57,433 nucleotides of DNA from a virus (taxonomy: Duplodnaviria > Caudoviricetes), in IMG/VR virus record IMGVR_UViG_3300027903_000008, positions 1-57,433 of that record. One strand, written 5' to 3'. Shown one piece after another: positions 1 to 9,294 of the stretch (position 1 is its first letter; each line of letters starts with the position of its first letter). A model generated the notes under the pieces. The model made no database searches. It was not told the DNA's origin and saw only the letters and a program-made list of their open reading frames with translations. The translations under genes and the position numbers were made by a program.

Positions 1-361
1 CCGATACGCTGATCGACGTAGTCGACTGCACGTAGCCAGTGCCCTGCGCCGTGATCGTGGTGCTGACTGGCAGGCCGTTCATATTGCAGATGCGGTAGTT
101 CGTACCGTCGCTGTTGACGATGAACTCTTTCAGCACACCACTGGTGACAGGGACCCACACCTGTCGAACGGGATCGAGACACTGTACGACCGTAGCGACC
201 TGCGTGGCGCAGATTGCCCACCATCCTGGCGGCAACATGAACCGCGCGCCCGCGGCCATGTAGATCTCGTTGCTCCACACCATCGCCGACACGCCGACGA
301 CGGTCGTAGGGAACGGGTTCTGCGGATACGGAAGGCCGATCCCGGGTCCTGCGAAAGCCAT
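1..361 (-). CDS. Virion structural protein downstream of capsid (truncated by window edge)
   Basis: ATG at 361 overlaps the capsid TAA. Reads MAFAGPGIGLPYPQNPFPT...TITAQGTGY, open to base 1. Confidence 0.7.
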   Translation of the reverse strand, partial: MAFAGPGIGLPYPQNPFPTTVVGVSAMVWSNEIYMAAGARFMLPPGWWAICATQVATVVQCLDPVRQVWVPVTSGVLKEFIVNSDGTNYRICNMNGLPVSTTITAQGTGYVQSTTSISVS

Positions 362-1389
362 TAGAATGCTCCTCCCGGCACGTTCGCGAAGATCGCCCCG
401 GTACTAGGCTTGCTCGTGATGATATTCTCACCGAGGACCATAACACCAACTTGTGCCAACTGTCCCAACGGTATGAGGCTATAGAAGCCACTGAAATCGA
501 ATTGAGCGTCCTCGCTGATGTACATGCTCGTATACTTGCTGTTCACCATGACTACGGTGCCCTTCGGACACCAATGATCGAGGTAGAAGGGGACGCCGTT
601 GATGTTGAGGTTGGGGAAACCGGAACGGACACCGGTATCCATCGTGTACCCGTTGCCAGGGCGGATAAACGTAGTCTCCGTTCCGATGAACTGGGCCTGC
701 AACGTGGCATAGTCGCTCGGGGACATGATGACGTAGTCGGGGCTCTCGCCTCCGGCCAAGTCAGTGACTTGAATAAGATAGCTCGCCCACGCGGCGCGGC
801 TATTGACGATAGGCACCGCTATTGTCGAAAGGAAGTAGTTACCTTGCCAGAACTGGTTGCCAGCCTGCAAGCGGTTGATGCCGCCATACGTGGCAACGTT
901 CGTACCGTTGTCGAAGGCCTCCAAGAACCCGGAGGGCATAAGCGGGTTGGCGCTATTGTTAGTAAACACCGCAGAGGCGAGCTGTTGGACGGTTGTTGCG
1001 TACACGTCATTCATGCGTACGTCGAGAATGGGAACGATCGCCTCTGTGCTCTGTAGAAGCGCCTCACCCAGTACCAACGGCACGGGCACCGTGAAGTACG
1101 CAGTGTTGAACTGCGCCGGCTGTACGCCTGGTATGACCTGCGGCTTGTTGAAGTTGCCGGCGTAACTGGTCCATGCACCTTGGACCATCGGCTGGCCCTG
1201 CACAGGGATGGTAATCTGGTTAAGACCACCCGCGCTACGCTGAGCGGATCCCATGAGCATGAACAGGGTAGGGCTCGCAAAGTAGATATTGCGTACCACC
1301 ACAGGGATGTACGCTCGCCGCGTCAATCCCACCAGTTCATTGAAAACTGAGCCTGCGCTCGGGACTACGCCCGTACCGGGAAGAGGCAC
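361..1389 (-). CDS. Major capsid protein
   Basis: 342 aa following a scaffold-like gene. GTNVATYGGINR and INGVPFYLDHWCP segments resemble podovirus HK97-fold capsids. Confidence 0.85.
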   Translation of the reverse strand: MPLPGTGVVPSAGSVFNELVGLTRRAYIPVVVRNIYFASPTLFMLMGSAQRSAGGLNQITIPVQGQPMVQGAWTSYAGNFNKPQVIPGVQPAQFNTAYFTVPVPLVLGEALLQSTEAIVPILDVRMNDVYATTVQQLASAVFTNNSANPLMPSGFLEAFDNGTNVATYGGINRLQAGNQFWQGNYFLSTIAVPIVNSRAAWASYLIQVTDLAGGESPDYVIMSPSDYATLQAQFIGTETTFIRPGNGYTMDTGVRSGFPNLNINGVPFYLDHWCPKGTVVMVNSKYTSMYISEDAQFDFSGFYSLIPLGQLAQVGVMVLGENIITSKPSTGAIFANVPGGAF

Positions 1390-1403
1390 TCTCTAAACTC
1401 CGT

Positions 1404-2024
1404 TTAGGTGGCCCAAGCCGCCAGATTGCCGTTCGCCTTGTCGGTGAAATACTTCCTCACCATATCACTCTTAAACTTCGCTGGGTTGTCCATGAGCATC
1501 TTATGGTCAGGAGCGTCGTCGCCTGGGTTGAACCAGTTGAGTTCGCGGCCGTCGTACGCATTGATGATGGGGGGAGTGACGGGCAGTGTGCTGCGAACAT
1601 ACGCGGCGGCTACGTCGTAGTCGCCAATGTTGCGCTCCTGCATGACGGCTTCGATCTTCTCAATGCCTTCGGTATCCCAACCGTCGGCCTTGAGTCGGCG
1701 GCGAGCGGCGGAGATAGTGTTCTTTGCCGCGCCTTCGCGGTCGCGCTCTGCACGCTCCGTCTCTTTCTTCTCCTGCTCCGCACGGTAGTCGTCGAACTGC
1801 TTCCGCACCGCTGCGATCTCGGAGAGGATCGGCTCGCTAGCGGCTTTCGCCGTGTCCAACTCAGGTATCGGTGCGTCGGGGAACTCCTCCCGCACCAACT
1901 CCAACGCCTTGAGCTTGTTCTTGCTGTTGAGGACCTTGCCCCATACCTTGCGATAGTTGTCGGCGTCGGCGTACTGCGCCTGTAGAGCTCGTAGCTGAGC
2001 GTCTTCGATCTCGACGAGAGGCAA
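1404..2024 (-). CDS. Capsid scaffolding protein
   Basis: Charged, helical/coiled-coil 206 aa immediately upstream of the capsid gene; TTG start. Confidence 0.65.
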   Translation of the reverse strand: MPLVEIEDAQLRALQAQYADADNYRKVWGKVLNSKNKLKALELVREEFPDAPIPELDTAKAASEPILSEIAAVRKQFDDYRAEQEKKETERAERDREGAAKNTISAARRRLKADGWDTEGIEKIEAVMQERNIGDYDVAAAYVRSTLPVTPPIINAYDGRELNWFNPGDDAPDHKMLMDNPAKFKSDMVRKYFTDKANGNLAAWAT

Positions 2025-2028
2025 AGGA

Positions 2029-2196
2029 CTAACGTCCTTTCTCTACGTGGCGGATCACAAGACTGTTCTTCGGTATCTTGGGCATGGCGCTCTTACGAGC
2101 ACCCATCTGTTGCTCATCAAAGGCTTGCGAGACGATGCGAGGATCGGACTTCGGCACAGTGCGTGTCGGCTCATGAAAGATGTCGGTCGCCATCAT
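2029..2196 (-). CDS. Small head-region hypothetical protein
   Basis: GGAG RBS then MMATDIFHEP...; 55 aa; within the head operon. Confidence 0.6.
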   Translation of the reverse strand: MMATDIFHEPTRTVPKSDPRIVSQAFDEQQMGARKSAMPKIPKNSLVIRHVEKGR

Positions 2197-2215
2197 ACTA
2201 CTCCGAACTATGTTG

Positions 2216-2662
2216 TTATCCACTACTGGCGGCACCGCCGCCAGGCGGCGGACTTGGGCCTGGTGCTCCAGCACCGGGCGGCGCAGACCCACCACCACCC
2301 CGCATCGCCGCCAACTGTGCGAGCAGCGGCGACTCTTGCCGCTGCTGCATCATGTGCTGTTGCATTGCCGCGTTCTGCGCACCGGGGGCTACCGCTCCCG
2401 GAGGGACATGCTTCGCGATGGACTGTATTGCCTTCATGATCGCCTGCCCCTTCTCGGTCGCCGCGCCGGCAGGACCGAGAGTGGACAGGGACTTCGTAAG
2501 AATGTCGACCGCCGTCCGTATCATCGCATCCGCACCTGCCTCAGCTCCACGATTGGGAGTAGGCATAGTGACCGGGGAGGAACCGAATGGTGGCTGACCC
2601 GGTACTCCCGCACCACTTGACGGCGGTGCAGGACTCGTTGGCGATGTCGCGGGAGGCGGCAT
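2216..2662 (-). CDS. Pro/Gly/Gln-rich head-region protein
   Basis: 148 aa, low-complexity termini around a helical core; operon context. Confidence 0.7.
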   Translation of the reverse strand: MPPPATSPTSPAPPSSGAGVPGQPPFGSSPVTMPTPNRGAEAGADAMIRTAVDILTKSLSTLGPAGAATEKGQAIMKAIQSIAKHVPPGAVAPGAQNAAMQQHMMQQRQESPLLAQLAAMRGGGGSAPPGAGAPGPSPPPGGGAASSG

Positions 2663-2684
2663 TCACGTCATTCGTGGCTGGCGA

Positions 2685-2744
2685 CTAGCGCCGACCCCGA
2701 CGATGCCGACGACGCTCGCGCGCACCAGCTGGTAGGGTATCCAT
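2685..2744 (-). CDS. 19-aa Arg-rich peptide MDTLPAGARERRRHRRGRR
   Basis: AGGAG SD 8 nt upstream of ATG; first ORF of the scaffold/capsid block; too short for the ORF track. Confidence 0.6.
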   Translation of the reverse strand: MDTLPAGARERRRHRRGRR

Positions 2745-2884
2745 GAGAGGATCTCCTGTAGAGTTACACATACTCTGCCGCAAGTTCCGAGGGTTCCTCG
2801 TTTTCCACCACCCGACCTTGCGGCCGGCGGGCTTGTACCCCGAGCTTGCTGCCTAGCCCTCCCAGCTTCGCCGCGCAGCGGCGC

Positions 2885-2913
2885 TTGACGCAAGACGCAA
2901 TGCTTGACATAAA
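2885..2913 (+). promoter_or_regulatory. Putative sigma70 promoter of plus-strand island
   Basis: TTGACG-N17-CATAAA, with a second CTTGAC at 2903. Confidence 0.35.
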
Positions 2914-2948
2914 GACCCGTGCGCCACCACCTATACCCATAGATCACC

Positions 2949-3137
2949 ATGCAAGATTGGCTAAACGCGAAACAGACTGCCGCCTTCCTTGGCATGACCG
3001 AACGATGGCTCACGAAGCGCCGTCTCATACGTAAGCCTCCTCCTTACCACCGCTTCGGCGGCAGCGTCCGCTACAACCGCGTCGAACTAGAGAAGTGGAT
3101 CGCCTCTACGAGTATGCAATTCAAACCAGACACATAG
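2949..3137 (+). CDS. AlpA/excisionase-like HTH protein
   Basis: WLNAKQTAAFLG...PPPYHRFGGSVRY...LEKWI is the HTH_17/AlpA pattern. Confidence 0.8.
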   Translation: MQDWLNAKQTAAFLGMTERWLTKRRLIRKPPPYHRFGGSVRYNRVELEKWIASTSMQFKPDT

Positions 3138-3165
3138 CGACTACGTCGCTATAGAGGATGCTCCA

Positions 3166-3450
3166 ATGACACTCATAAGGCAACTGCGGCTAGATCAACT
3201 ACGATCTCGCTATCCACAGATAGAGAGGGGCATGCAGGACATGGCAGCAGGGATATGGACGGATATACCCGGCCATTGTGAATCATTCGCTTACGAGCTT
3301 GGTAGAATGCTTCATCCTGTCCGTCCCAACGGCGGCATCATCGCTCCAGGTTTGCTTCTTGTCACGCGGGACGTAGAACTCGCTATCCGAGAACTAGAAC
3401 AGGCGACATATGATGCCAAACAGATCGAACATGAAGAAGGTATTGTCTAG
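3166..3450 (+). CDS. Hypothetical protein
   Basis: GAGG RBS; 94 aa. Confidence 0.55.
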   Translation: MTLIRQLRLDQLRSRYPQIERGMQDMAAGIWTDIPGHCESFAYELGRMLHPVRPNGGIIAPGLLLVTRDVELAIRELEQATYDAKQIEHEEGIV

Positions 3451-3649
3451 TCACGTTTGGGAGGTCGGCTACGAACCTGCTTCGCAGGTTCTACACGTCC
3501 GCTACCAACCGACTCTACGAGTGCCGGAAGGCCGGCTCGTCGAGTATCACGGCGTGTCCGCTGAAGCGGCGAACACGGTCCTAACAGCTCCGAGCATCGG
3601 TAAAGCTCTACATGAGCACATACGCGGCAAACACGAAATGAGAGGATAA
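3431..3649 (+). CDS. KTSC domain protein
   Basis: SSHVWEVGY...LHVRY...EYHGVS...APSIGKALHEHIRG matches the KTSC consensus. Confidence 0.85.
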   Translation: MKKVLSSHVWEVGYEPASQVLHVRYQPTLRVPEGRLVEYHGVSAEAANTVLTAPSIGKALHEHIRGKHEMRG

Positions 3650-3657
3650 TAGACGCT

Positions 3658-6426
3658 ATGACCCATATTCGCCTCAATATGATTGTCAAGAACGAAGCAG
3701 CTCGCATAGAGCGATGTCTACACTCTGTCCTTCCGCATATTTCTTCATGGGCGATCGTTGATACAGGATCAACAGATGGTACACAAGACATTGTGTTTCG
3801 CGTATTGCAGGATATACCAGGCGATATAAAGGACGAGCCATTTGAGAACTTCGAACAAGCACGTAACGCAGCTCTACAGTATGCACAGAGAACGATTAAT
3901 AACGGCCCAGTGTATCCGTCCGTATCCTCGTTGCCTCTCGACTATGAATACATACTATTCGTTGACGCTGACATGGAGATGATCGTAGATGATGACACTG
4001 TCTTCGACCACCTGATAGCGCCCGCGTATCGAATGTTACAGCGTGGTAACGATCTGTCGTACTGGAATACTCGCCTTCTACGAAAGGACCAGATGGCGAG
4101 ATATATAGGTGTGACGCACGAGTATCTTGATACGGGGACAGAGCCAACGAAGTTAGACGGGGCGTGGTTTCGGGACTATGCCGATGGCAGCAACCGGCAC
4201 AACAAGGCTGATCGCGACATCAAACTGTTGGAGGAGGATGTTAGAAAGAACCCGAAGAACGCTAGATCGTGGTTCTATCTTGCACAGAGCTACAAAGATG
4301 CCGGCAAGTTGGAGAGGGCCGCCGCAGCGTACAACACCCGCATAAACCTAGAAGGGTGGGAAGAGGAAGTATGGTATTCGAAGCTCGCACGGGCGAGATG
4401 CCGTCGCGACGCAGGCTACGAGACAGAGTTTCTCCGTGGAGCACTGGACGCATTTGGCGATAGGCCAGCCCGTGCCGAACCATTATACGATCTCGCTAAC
4501 TACTATCGCAACAAAGGCAAGAACGAGCTAGCGACAATGTTCGCCGAGCGGGGTCTCCACGTTGCGAAGCCGTCCGATCTACTCTTTGTGGAGGATGTTC
4601 CATATGATTACGGTCTACTTGAGGAGCTGAGTATTGCAGGGTACTACGTGCCGAAGGCACGCGAAGGCGCGCATGACGCTTGCGAGAAGCTCGCGCTGTC
4701 GCGCGACGTGCCGGCACATGTGCGCGACACGGCATGGTCCAACTTATTCTTCTACACGCGGCCACTACACGAGACGTGTCCATCTTTCGCTGTGCGAAAG
4801 ATAGACTTTGTGCCGCCGGACGGCTACCACCCCATGAATCCTAGCGTATGTCGCGCCGGCGAAAGCATGTGGTTAAACGTGCGATGCGTAAATTATGTCA
4901 TTGGACAGGACGGCCGATATAGCATGCCGCACGATGGCCCAGGCATAAAGACTAGAAACTTCCTCTTCACCCTCGACGACGACCTTAGAATAGACCAGGG
5001 CAAAGAAATTCTTCCTCCTGCCGACTTCCCCACCGAGTGGAGCGAAGTGATCGGCTTTGAGGATATGCGTCTATTCCATTACAACAACTTTGAGGATATA
5101 CGGCTCTCCGGACATGACGGGCATCTATGGTGTTCAGCGACGGTACGTCAACATAGCAAAGAGGGGTGGTGCGAAATTGCACTGGCGCGAATAAGTGACA
5201 TCACATTTAGGCTGCATAGCTGGCATACCATGCGTCCGGAAGGTGAGAAGCGCAATGAGAAGAATTGGATGCCAGTCTCCGACGGCACTGGACGATTTAT
5301 TTACTCGTGCGACCCGCTCCGAGTGGTAGACGTAACCGGTAAAACCGTAAGCGAGACCACACCACCAGTGGCCGCAGACCACTGGGGAGGTAGCTCGCAG
5401 GCTGTTGTCTTCGATGGTGGTTACCTCGCTCTAGTGCATGAACGGATAGCGAAGCCGGGCCTTGGTCAACGACAGTACCAACGCCGCTTCGTCTGGTTCG
5501 ACGGGGAGCTAGAGCTTCGCAAGATATCGCGGAGGTTCTACTTTGGAGATGGAGAGGGAGAGTTCGTCTGTGGCATGTGCGAACACCCAGATGGCGAGCG
5601 CCTTGTAGTGTCCTACGGAGTGTTGGATAGAGAGGCATGGCTTGCAACAGTCGACGTTGAGGAGGTGAGACTATCGCTGCGCGATGTGGTGCCTCCGGCG
5701 CCACCGCAGGACATGACGTCTCCAACGCCGAAGGATATCAGCGACTGGTTGTGGAGGAACACGAACGCAGCCCTGCAGTCCATTAACGATGTAGACCATG
5801 CTACTGCTTGGCTGCGGTCACAAGGCTGTTCGACCCACCCCGATCGATGGAAGGACTGGGATACGGTCGTCGCTATGCAGCATACTCTCATGACCGTTCC
5901 TAAAGATGGAGCTATACTGGACGCGGGAGCGGATCGAGTTTCGCAGTATCTCCCAAGCCTAGCGAAGCTAGGTTATACGAGCCTCACTGGTATCAACAAA
6001 ATCTGTGACCGTGCAGAAGGCATCAACGGTGTATGGTATGAGAGAGGGGATATAGAGAATACACACTTCCACGATGAATGCTTCGCATTTATAGCGTGTC
6101 TCTCAGTAGTAGAGCACGGCGTAGATATCGGAGCATTCCTGAAGGAAGCGGCCCGCCTATTGCGGAAAGGAGGACATCTCTTCATTTCGACGGACTATTG
6201 GTATAGGCCGCTACAGTGGGATAGAGTCCCGGCGATGACGATATTCACTGAGGAGGACATGAGAGTGTCTGTAGATATTGCCCGCACGGTTGGCCTACGG
6301 CCGACAGGCGCTATACCCATACAGTACACATGTAAGGATAAGGTGGTTCGCTGGGCAGGGATGGACTATACCTTCATCAACCTCCTCTTTGAGAAGGTCG
6401 ACAATTATCCCGTTGAGGAAGTCTGA
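3658..6426 (+). CDS. Multidomain GT2 glycosyltransferase - TPR - beta-propeller glycosidase-like - SAM methyltransferase
   Basis: GT2: MIVKNE, DTGSTDGT, ARNAAL, VDAD, VTHEY. TPR: RSWFYLAQSY, RAEPLYDLA. GH130-like propeller: NPSV, FEDMRLF, EKNWMP. Class I MTase: ILDAGA, CLSVVEH. Confidence 0.9.
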   Translation: MTHIRLNMIVKNEAARIERCLHSVLPHISSWAIVDTGSTDGTQDIVFRVLQDIPGDIKDEPFENFEQARNAALQYAQRTINNGPVYPSVSSLPLDYEYILFVDADMEMIVDDDTVFDHLIAPAYRMLQRGNDLSYWNTRLLRKDQMARYIGVTHEYLDTGTEPTKLDGAWFRDYADGSNRHNKADRDIKLLEEDVRKNPKNARSWFYLAQSYKDAGKLERAAAAYNTRINLEGWEEEVWYSKLARARCRRDAGYETEFLRGALDAFGDRPARAEPLYDLANYYRNKGKNELATMFAERGLHVAKPSDLLFVEDVPYDYGLLEELSIAGYYVPKAREGAHDACEKLALSRDVPAHVRDTAWSNLFFYTRPLHETCPSFAVRKIDFVPPDGYHPMNPSVCRAGESMWLNVRCVNYVIGQDGRYSMPHDGPGIKTRNFLFTLDDDLRIDQGKEILPPADFPTEWSEVIGFEDMRLFHYNNFEDIRLSGHDGHLWCSATVRQHSKEGWCEIALARISDITFRLHSWHTMRPEGEKRNEKNWMPVSDGTGRFIYSCDPLRVVDVTGKTVSETTPPVAADHWGGSSQAVVFDGGYLALVHERIAKPGLGQRQYQRRFVWFDGELELRKISRRFYFGDGEGEFVCGMCEHPDGERLVVSYGVLDREAWLATVDVEEVRLSLRDVVPPAPPQDMTSPTPKDISDWLWRNTNAALQSINDVDHATAWLRSQGCSTHPDRWKDWDTVVAMQHTLMTVPKDGAILDAGADRVSQYLPSLAKLGYTSLTGINKICDRAEGINGVWYERGDIENTHFHDECFAFIACLSVVEHGVDIGAFLKEAARLLRKGGHLFISTDYWYRPLQWDRVPAMTIFTEEDMRVSVDIARTVGLRPTGAIPIQYTCKDKVVRWAGMDYTFINLLFEKVDNYPVEEV

Positions 6427-6764
6427 TGAATCGTGATGATCTCGACGACCTGTTTAGCGAAGCGAGGCATGAGCGCAATCCGCCTATGATCTCGATCCGA
6501 GCTAATACGAAACCCTTCGATGAGGCTGTACTCGAAATAAAATCGCTCTCTAAGCGGCTCGATTATACTACCCGTAGACACATTTTTAAGCTGCTCTATA
6601 CTCTCCCGGAGAAACTTCTTGTCGATTTTGTGTGTTGTCCAACAGCTAACGCATACGAACAAACCATTGTCGCTCAACCATCTCAGAGATTTCTTAGTCT
6701 TTTAGAAGCACTTAAAGCGAGTAAGATCGATCTTGACCGCCTTGATTTCATCCTTAAGGCCTAG
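6426..6764 (+). CDS. Hypothetical protein (lower GC)
   Basis: 112 aa; TGATG coupling to the glycosyltransferase gene. Confidence 0.55.
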   Translation: MNRDDLDDLFSEARHERNPPMISIRANTKPFDEAVLEIKSLSKRLDYTTRRHIFKLLYTLPEKLLVDFVCCPTANAYEQTIVAQPSQRFLSLLEALKASKIDLDRLDFILKA

Positions 6765-6793
6765 TGATGCTCACAGTATGGAGGCACAACAAT

Positions 6794-7459
6794 ATGTCCC
6801 GCAAGTACCTACCTACATTCGCGGAACTGGTAGACCGGCTTAGTATCGTACAGTTGAAGGAGATATTTCTGCCGGAACGACGAGCAGAGTATCGTGACGA
6901 ACGCCGTCTGATAATGCACGATATTGACACAATAATCGACGAAGCTAAGTATCAGATCGGCTCGACAGCTATACACGCTATTATGATGTTAATGCTGACG
7001 AACAGGTATATTTGGGAGAACGAGAGCAAGGCGAGAGCCGGCGGAGATGAGCAAGACCGCCTGCTAAAGCTTACTCACAGCATCAACGGTGTACGAGCTA
7101 CCGCACGAAACGTATTAGCCAAAGAGATGGGTGAGAGAACCGATCTAAAGGTTGACTGCTTCGCGGCGGAACTGCTTACCGAGTATGGTAATTGGGATGT
7201 TTTCAGCAGTAGTAGTGAGCCAGAGCTAGCTAGCCTCAGCTTGCGCGAAAGATTTAAGGCTCAACACCCATACTGGCGTCAAGCGGGATTTACGGAGACT
7301 GAGATGGATCGATTGTTCGATAAATGCGTCAAAGATATCGAGGACCAGGTTAGTGTCTTCGCCCGCTCTGATGTGACAGTACCTTCATCCGTTCCTCTGG
7401 AGGGAGAGACGCAAGGAACTTCTGCTGCGCCGCCTGCCTCTCAACAAGGCGTTCCTTGA
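6794..7459 (+). CDS. DUF6165/DUF4254-like helical protein
   Basis: AELVDRLSIVQLKE...IWENE...NGVRA pattern; GGAGG RBS; 3' end overlaps the portal gene. Confidence 0.6.
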   Translation: MSRKYLPTFAELVDRLSIVQLKEIFLPERRAEYRDERRLIMHDIDTIIDEAKYQIGSTAIHAIMMLMLTNRYIWENESKARAGGDEQDRLLKLTHSINGVRATARNVLAKEMGERTDLKVDCFAAELLTEYGNWDVFSSSSEPELASLSLRERFKAQHPYWRQAGFTETEMDRLFDKCVKDIEDQVSVFARSDVTVPSSVPLEGETQGTSAAPPASQQGVP

Positions 7460-9038
7460 GCATATCTCGGTTTGGCACCTGCAACAGATCGATCAAGTCC
7501 TCTGGGCCGATCGCACCGGCTTTGAAGAGGAATGCGGCAGTATTGGCGTGGTCCTGTTCGTAAACGGGGCTGGCACTATGTCCATCCACCAAGACTCGCG
7601 TGTCGAGGGGCAACTGCGATAGGTAGAAGTCGGTGGCGCCTACAGTGTCACTAGCGTCGGTCCAGTGGGCACGGGCGTCCTTAGCGGCTGTAAGCCACAA
7701 AAACTTCTCGGCGAACTCCGTAAGCTGTCGCTCTATGCGTATAGCGCGGTCGCGTAGACGGGGACTGGCGGTGCGTACTAGGCCCTGGAAGTGTGTGCCG
7801 GCCCGTACGCCGGGCTCTCCCTTACCGCTAAGGACATTGTCGAAGCCGGCGATCTCGTCGAAGAAGCCAATGATAGCCTTCAGCTCATCGAATGCCTTCT
7901 CCGGCATAGGCGGCGTAAGATCTTCTACCTTCGCCCCAGGCGTTGCTTCTGCAATCCACCCATCATTCTTAAGCTGATCGTACTTCTCATCGGACATCCC
8001 GCTAAAGCCCAGGAACGCGCGAATGCGGTCGTACTGTAGAGACATGATCCGCTTAATGTCTTCGAGGCGATCGGACAGTAGAGCCTGTAGCTTTAGGAGA
8101 TCGACCAATTCGCTGCGACCCCAAGCGTAGTTGGACTGCGGGTTCGCACAGATCTTCACGTAAGGATGATCATGGGCAACGAACATGTTGCTCCGCAATG
8201 AACGAGGGGCGAGTAGGATATCCGGTTCGCACATCTGGATGGTAGTGTAGTCCTCAGTGTCGTCGTTGACGATGTACAGCTCGTGGATGGTTATGAGGCC
8301 GGCGGCAACGTCGGGTGAGAGCATAGCGCCATTCGCAAGCGAAGCTAGTTGCACAAAGCCACCGGCTCCGCCGGAGGGCTGGTCGGGGGTCCCCACAACA
8401 GGTGAGGTGCCACTGAGCAAGATCTGGTGTATGTAGCTATCACCCTCCTCTGTAGCGGATCGCCGTCGAGCGTAGGCGCTGGCACGCCTAAAGATTTCCT
8501 TCGCATCGCTCCGATGCGAGATACGACGCCACAATTCCTGTTCAGTAATATAGGCGGTTTCGCAGATAGCCTCTTGTTGGTCGAGCTCAGGCTCATCCTC
8601 ACGGTATAGTCCCATACTCCACGGCATCCGAACCTTCACGATCGGACCACTGTGAGCCCATACCAGCTTTAGAAAGCAACTGCCATGCGGCAGGCTCTCG
8701 AACACGGCCTGACCAAAGGCTATATCGAAGTCGCGGCGGATAAACTCGCGGGTGATATAGCGACCGGCGACTTGGCCGCGGCGAGTCCAGTCGGGACCGT
8801 AGTTGTTTTCGTACTCCACAAAGAAACGGAGGTCCGCCGGCGCGAAAAGGACGCTAGAAAGCTTGTCACAGTGAGGGAGGAGCTTATTGTAGATAGACTG
8901 CACACCGGTCCCACCGCCAGTGTAGAGCCAATTTTTCTGAGTTCGTGCTAATGCTGCACGAGCGCTCGCGCTGACGCGGCATTGATCAACCACGTCTTTA
9001 GTCCACTGCGGTAGCTCCTTGGTATCTGGCAATATCAT
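7350..9038 (-). CDS. Portal protein
   Basis: About 562 aa between terminase and scaffold. YNKLLPH, YAWGRSEL and GKGEPGVRAG segments are typical of P22-like portals. Confidence 0.85.
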   Translation of the reverse strand: MILPDTKELPQWTKDVVDQCRVSASARAALARTQKNWLYTGGGTGVQSIYNKLLPHCDKLSSVLFAPADLRFFVEYENNYGPDWTRRGQVAGRYITREFIRRDFDIAFGQAVFESLPHGSCFLKLVWAHSGPIVKVRMPWSMGLYREDEPELDQQEAICETAYITEQELWRRISHRSDAKEIFRRASAYARRRSATEEGDSYIHQILLSGTSPVVGTPDQPSGGAGGFVQLASLANGAMLSPDVAAGLITIHELYIVNDDTEDYTTIQMCEPDILLAPRSLRSNMFVAHDHPYVKICANPQSNYAWGRSELVDLLKLQALLSDRLEDIKRIMSLQYDRIRAFLGFSGMSDEKYDQLKNDGWIAEATPGAKVEDLTPPMPEKAFDELKAIIGFFDEIAGFDNVLSGKGEPGVRAGTHFQGLVRTASPRLRDRAIRIERQLTEFAEKFLWLTAAKDARAHWTDASDTVGATDFYLSQLPLDTRVLVDGHSASPVYEQDHANTAAFLFKAGAIGPEDLIDLLQVPNRDMLKERLVERQAAQQKFLASLPPEERMKVLSHQSGRRH

Positions 9039-9168
9039 GATAGCTTCGCTCGGTATCTTTGCACACCAAGAACACACAGCATGCATGTTCCTGGCGCCGC
9101 AAACAACGCTGACGATGGCACAGCAGACCGCCGTCGCGGGGTAGGCTTGGAGGGAGCCCGATCCAGGA

Positions 9169-9188
9169 GAGCAGCCGTCGAAGACGGC
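9169..9188. repeat. 20-bp element GAGCAGCCGTCGAAGACGGC, copy 1
   Basis: Exact copy at 19261-19280; contains the palindrome GCCGTC-GAA-GACGGC. Confidence 0.8.
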
Positions 9189-9294
9189 CAGGCACGCCTG
9201 TTCGCCGGCTCGGGCCGTGAGCCGCCGACGACAGATCCCGGGATGTCGTCACAACCGCCGCTTCGCGGAAGGATGTATACCATAGTGTCGTCCA

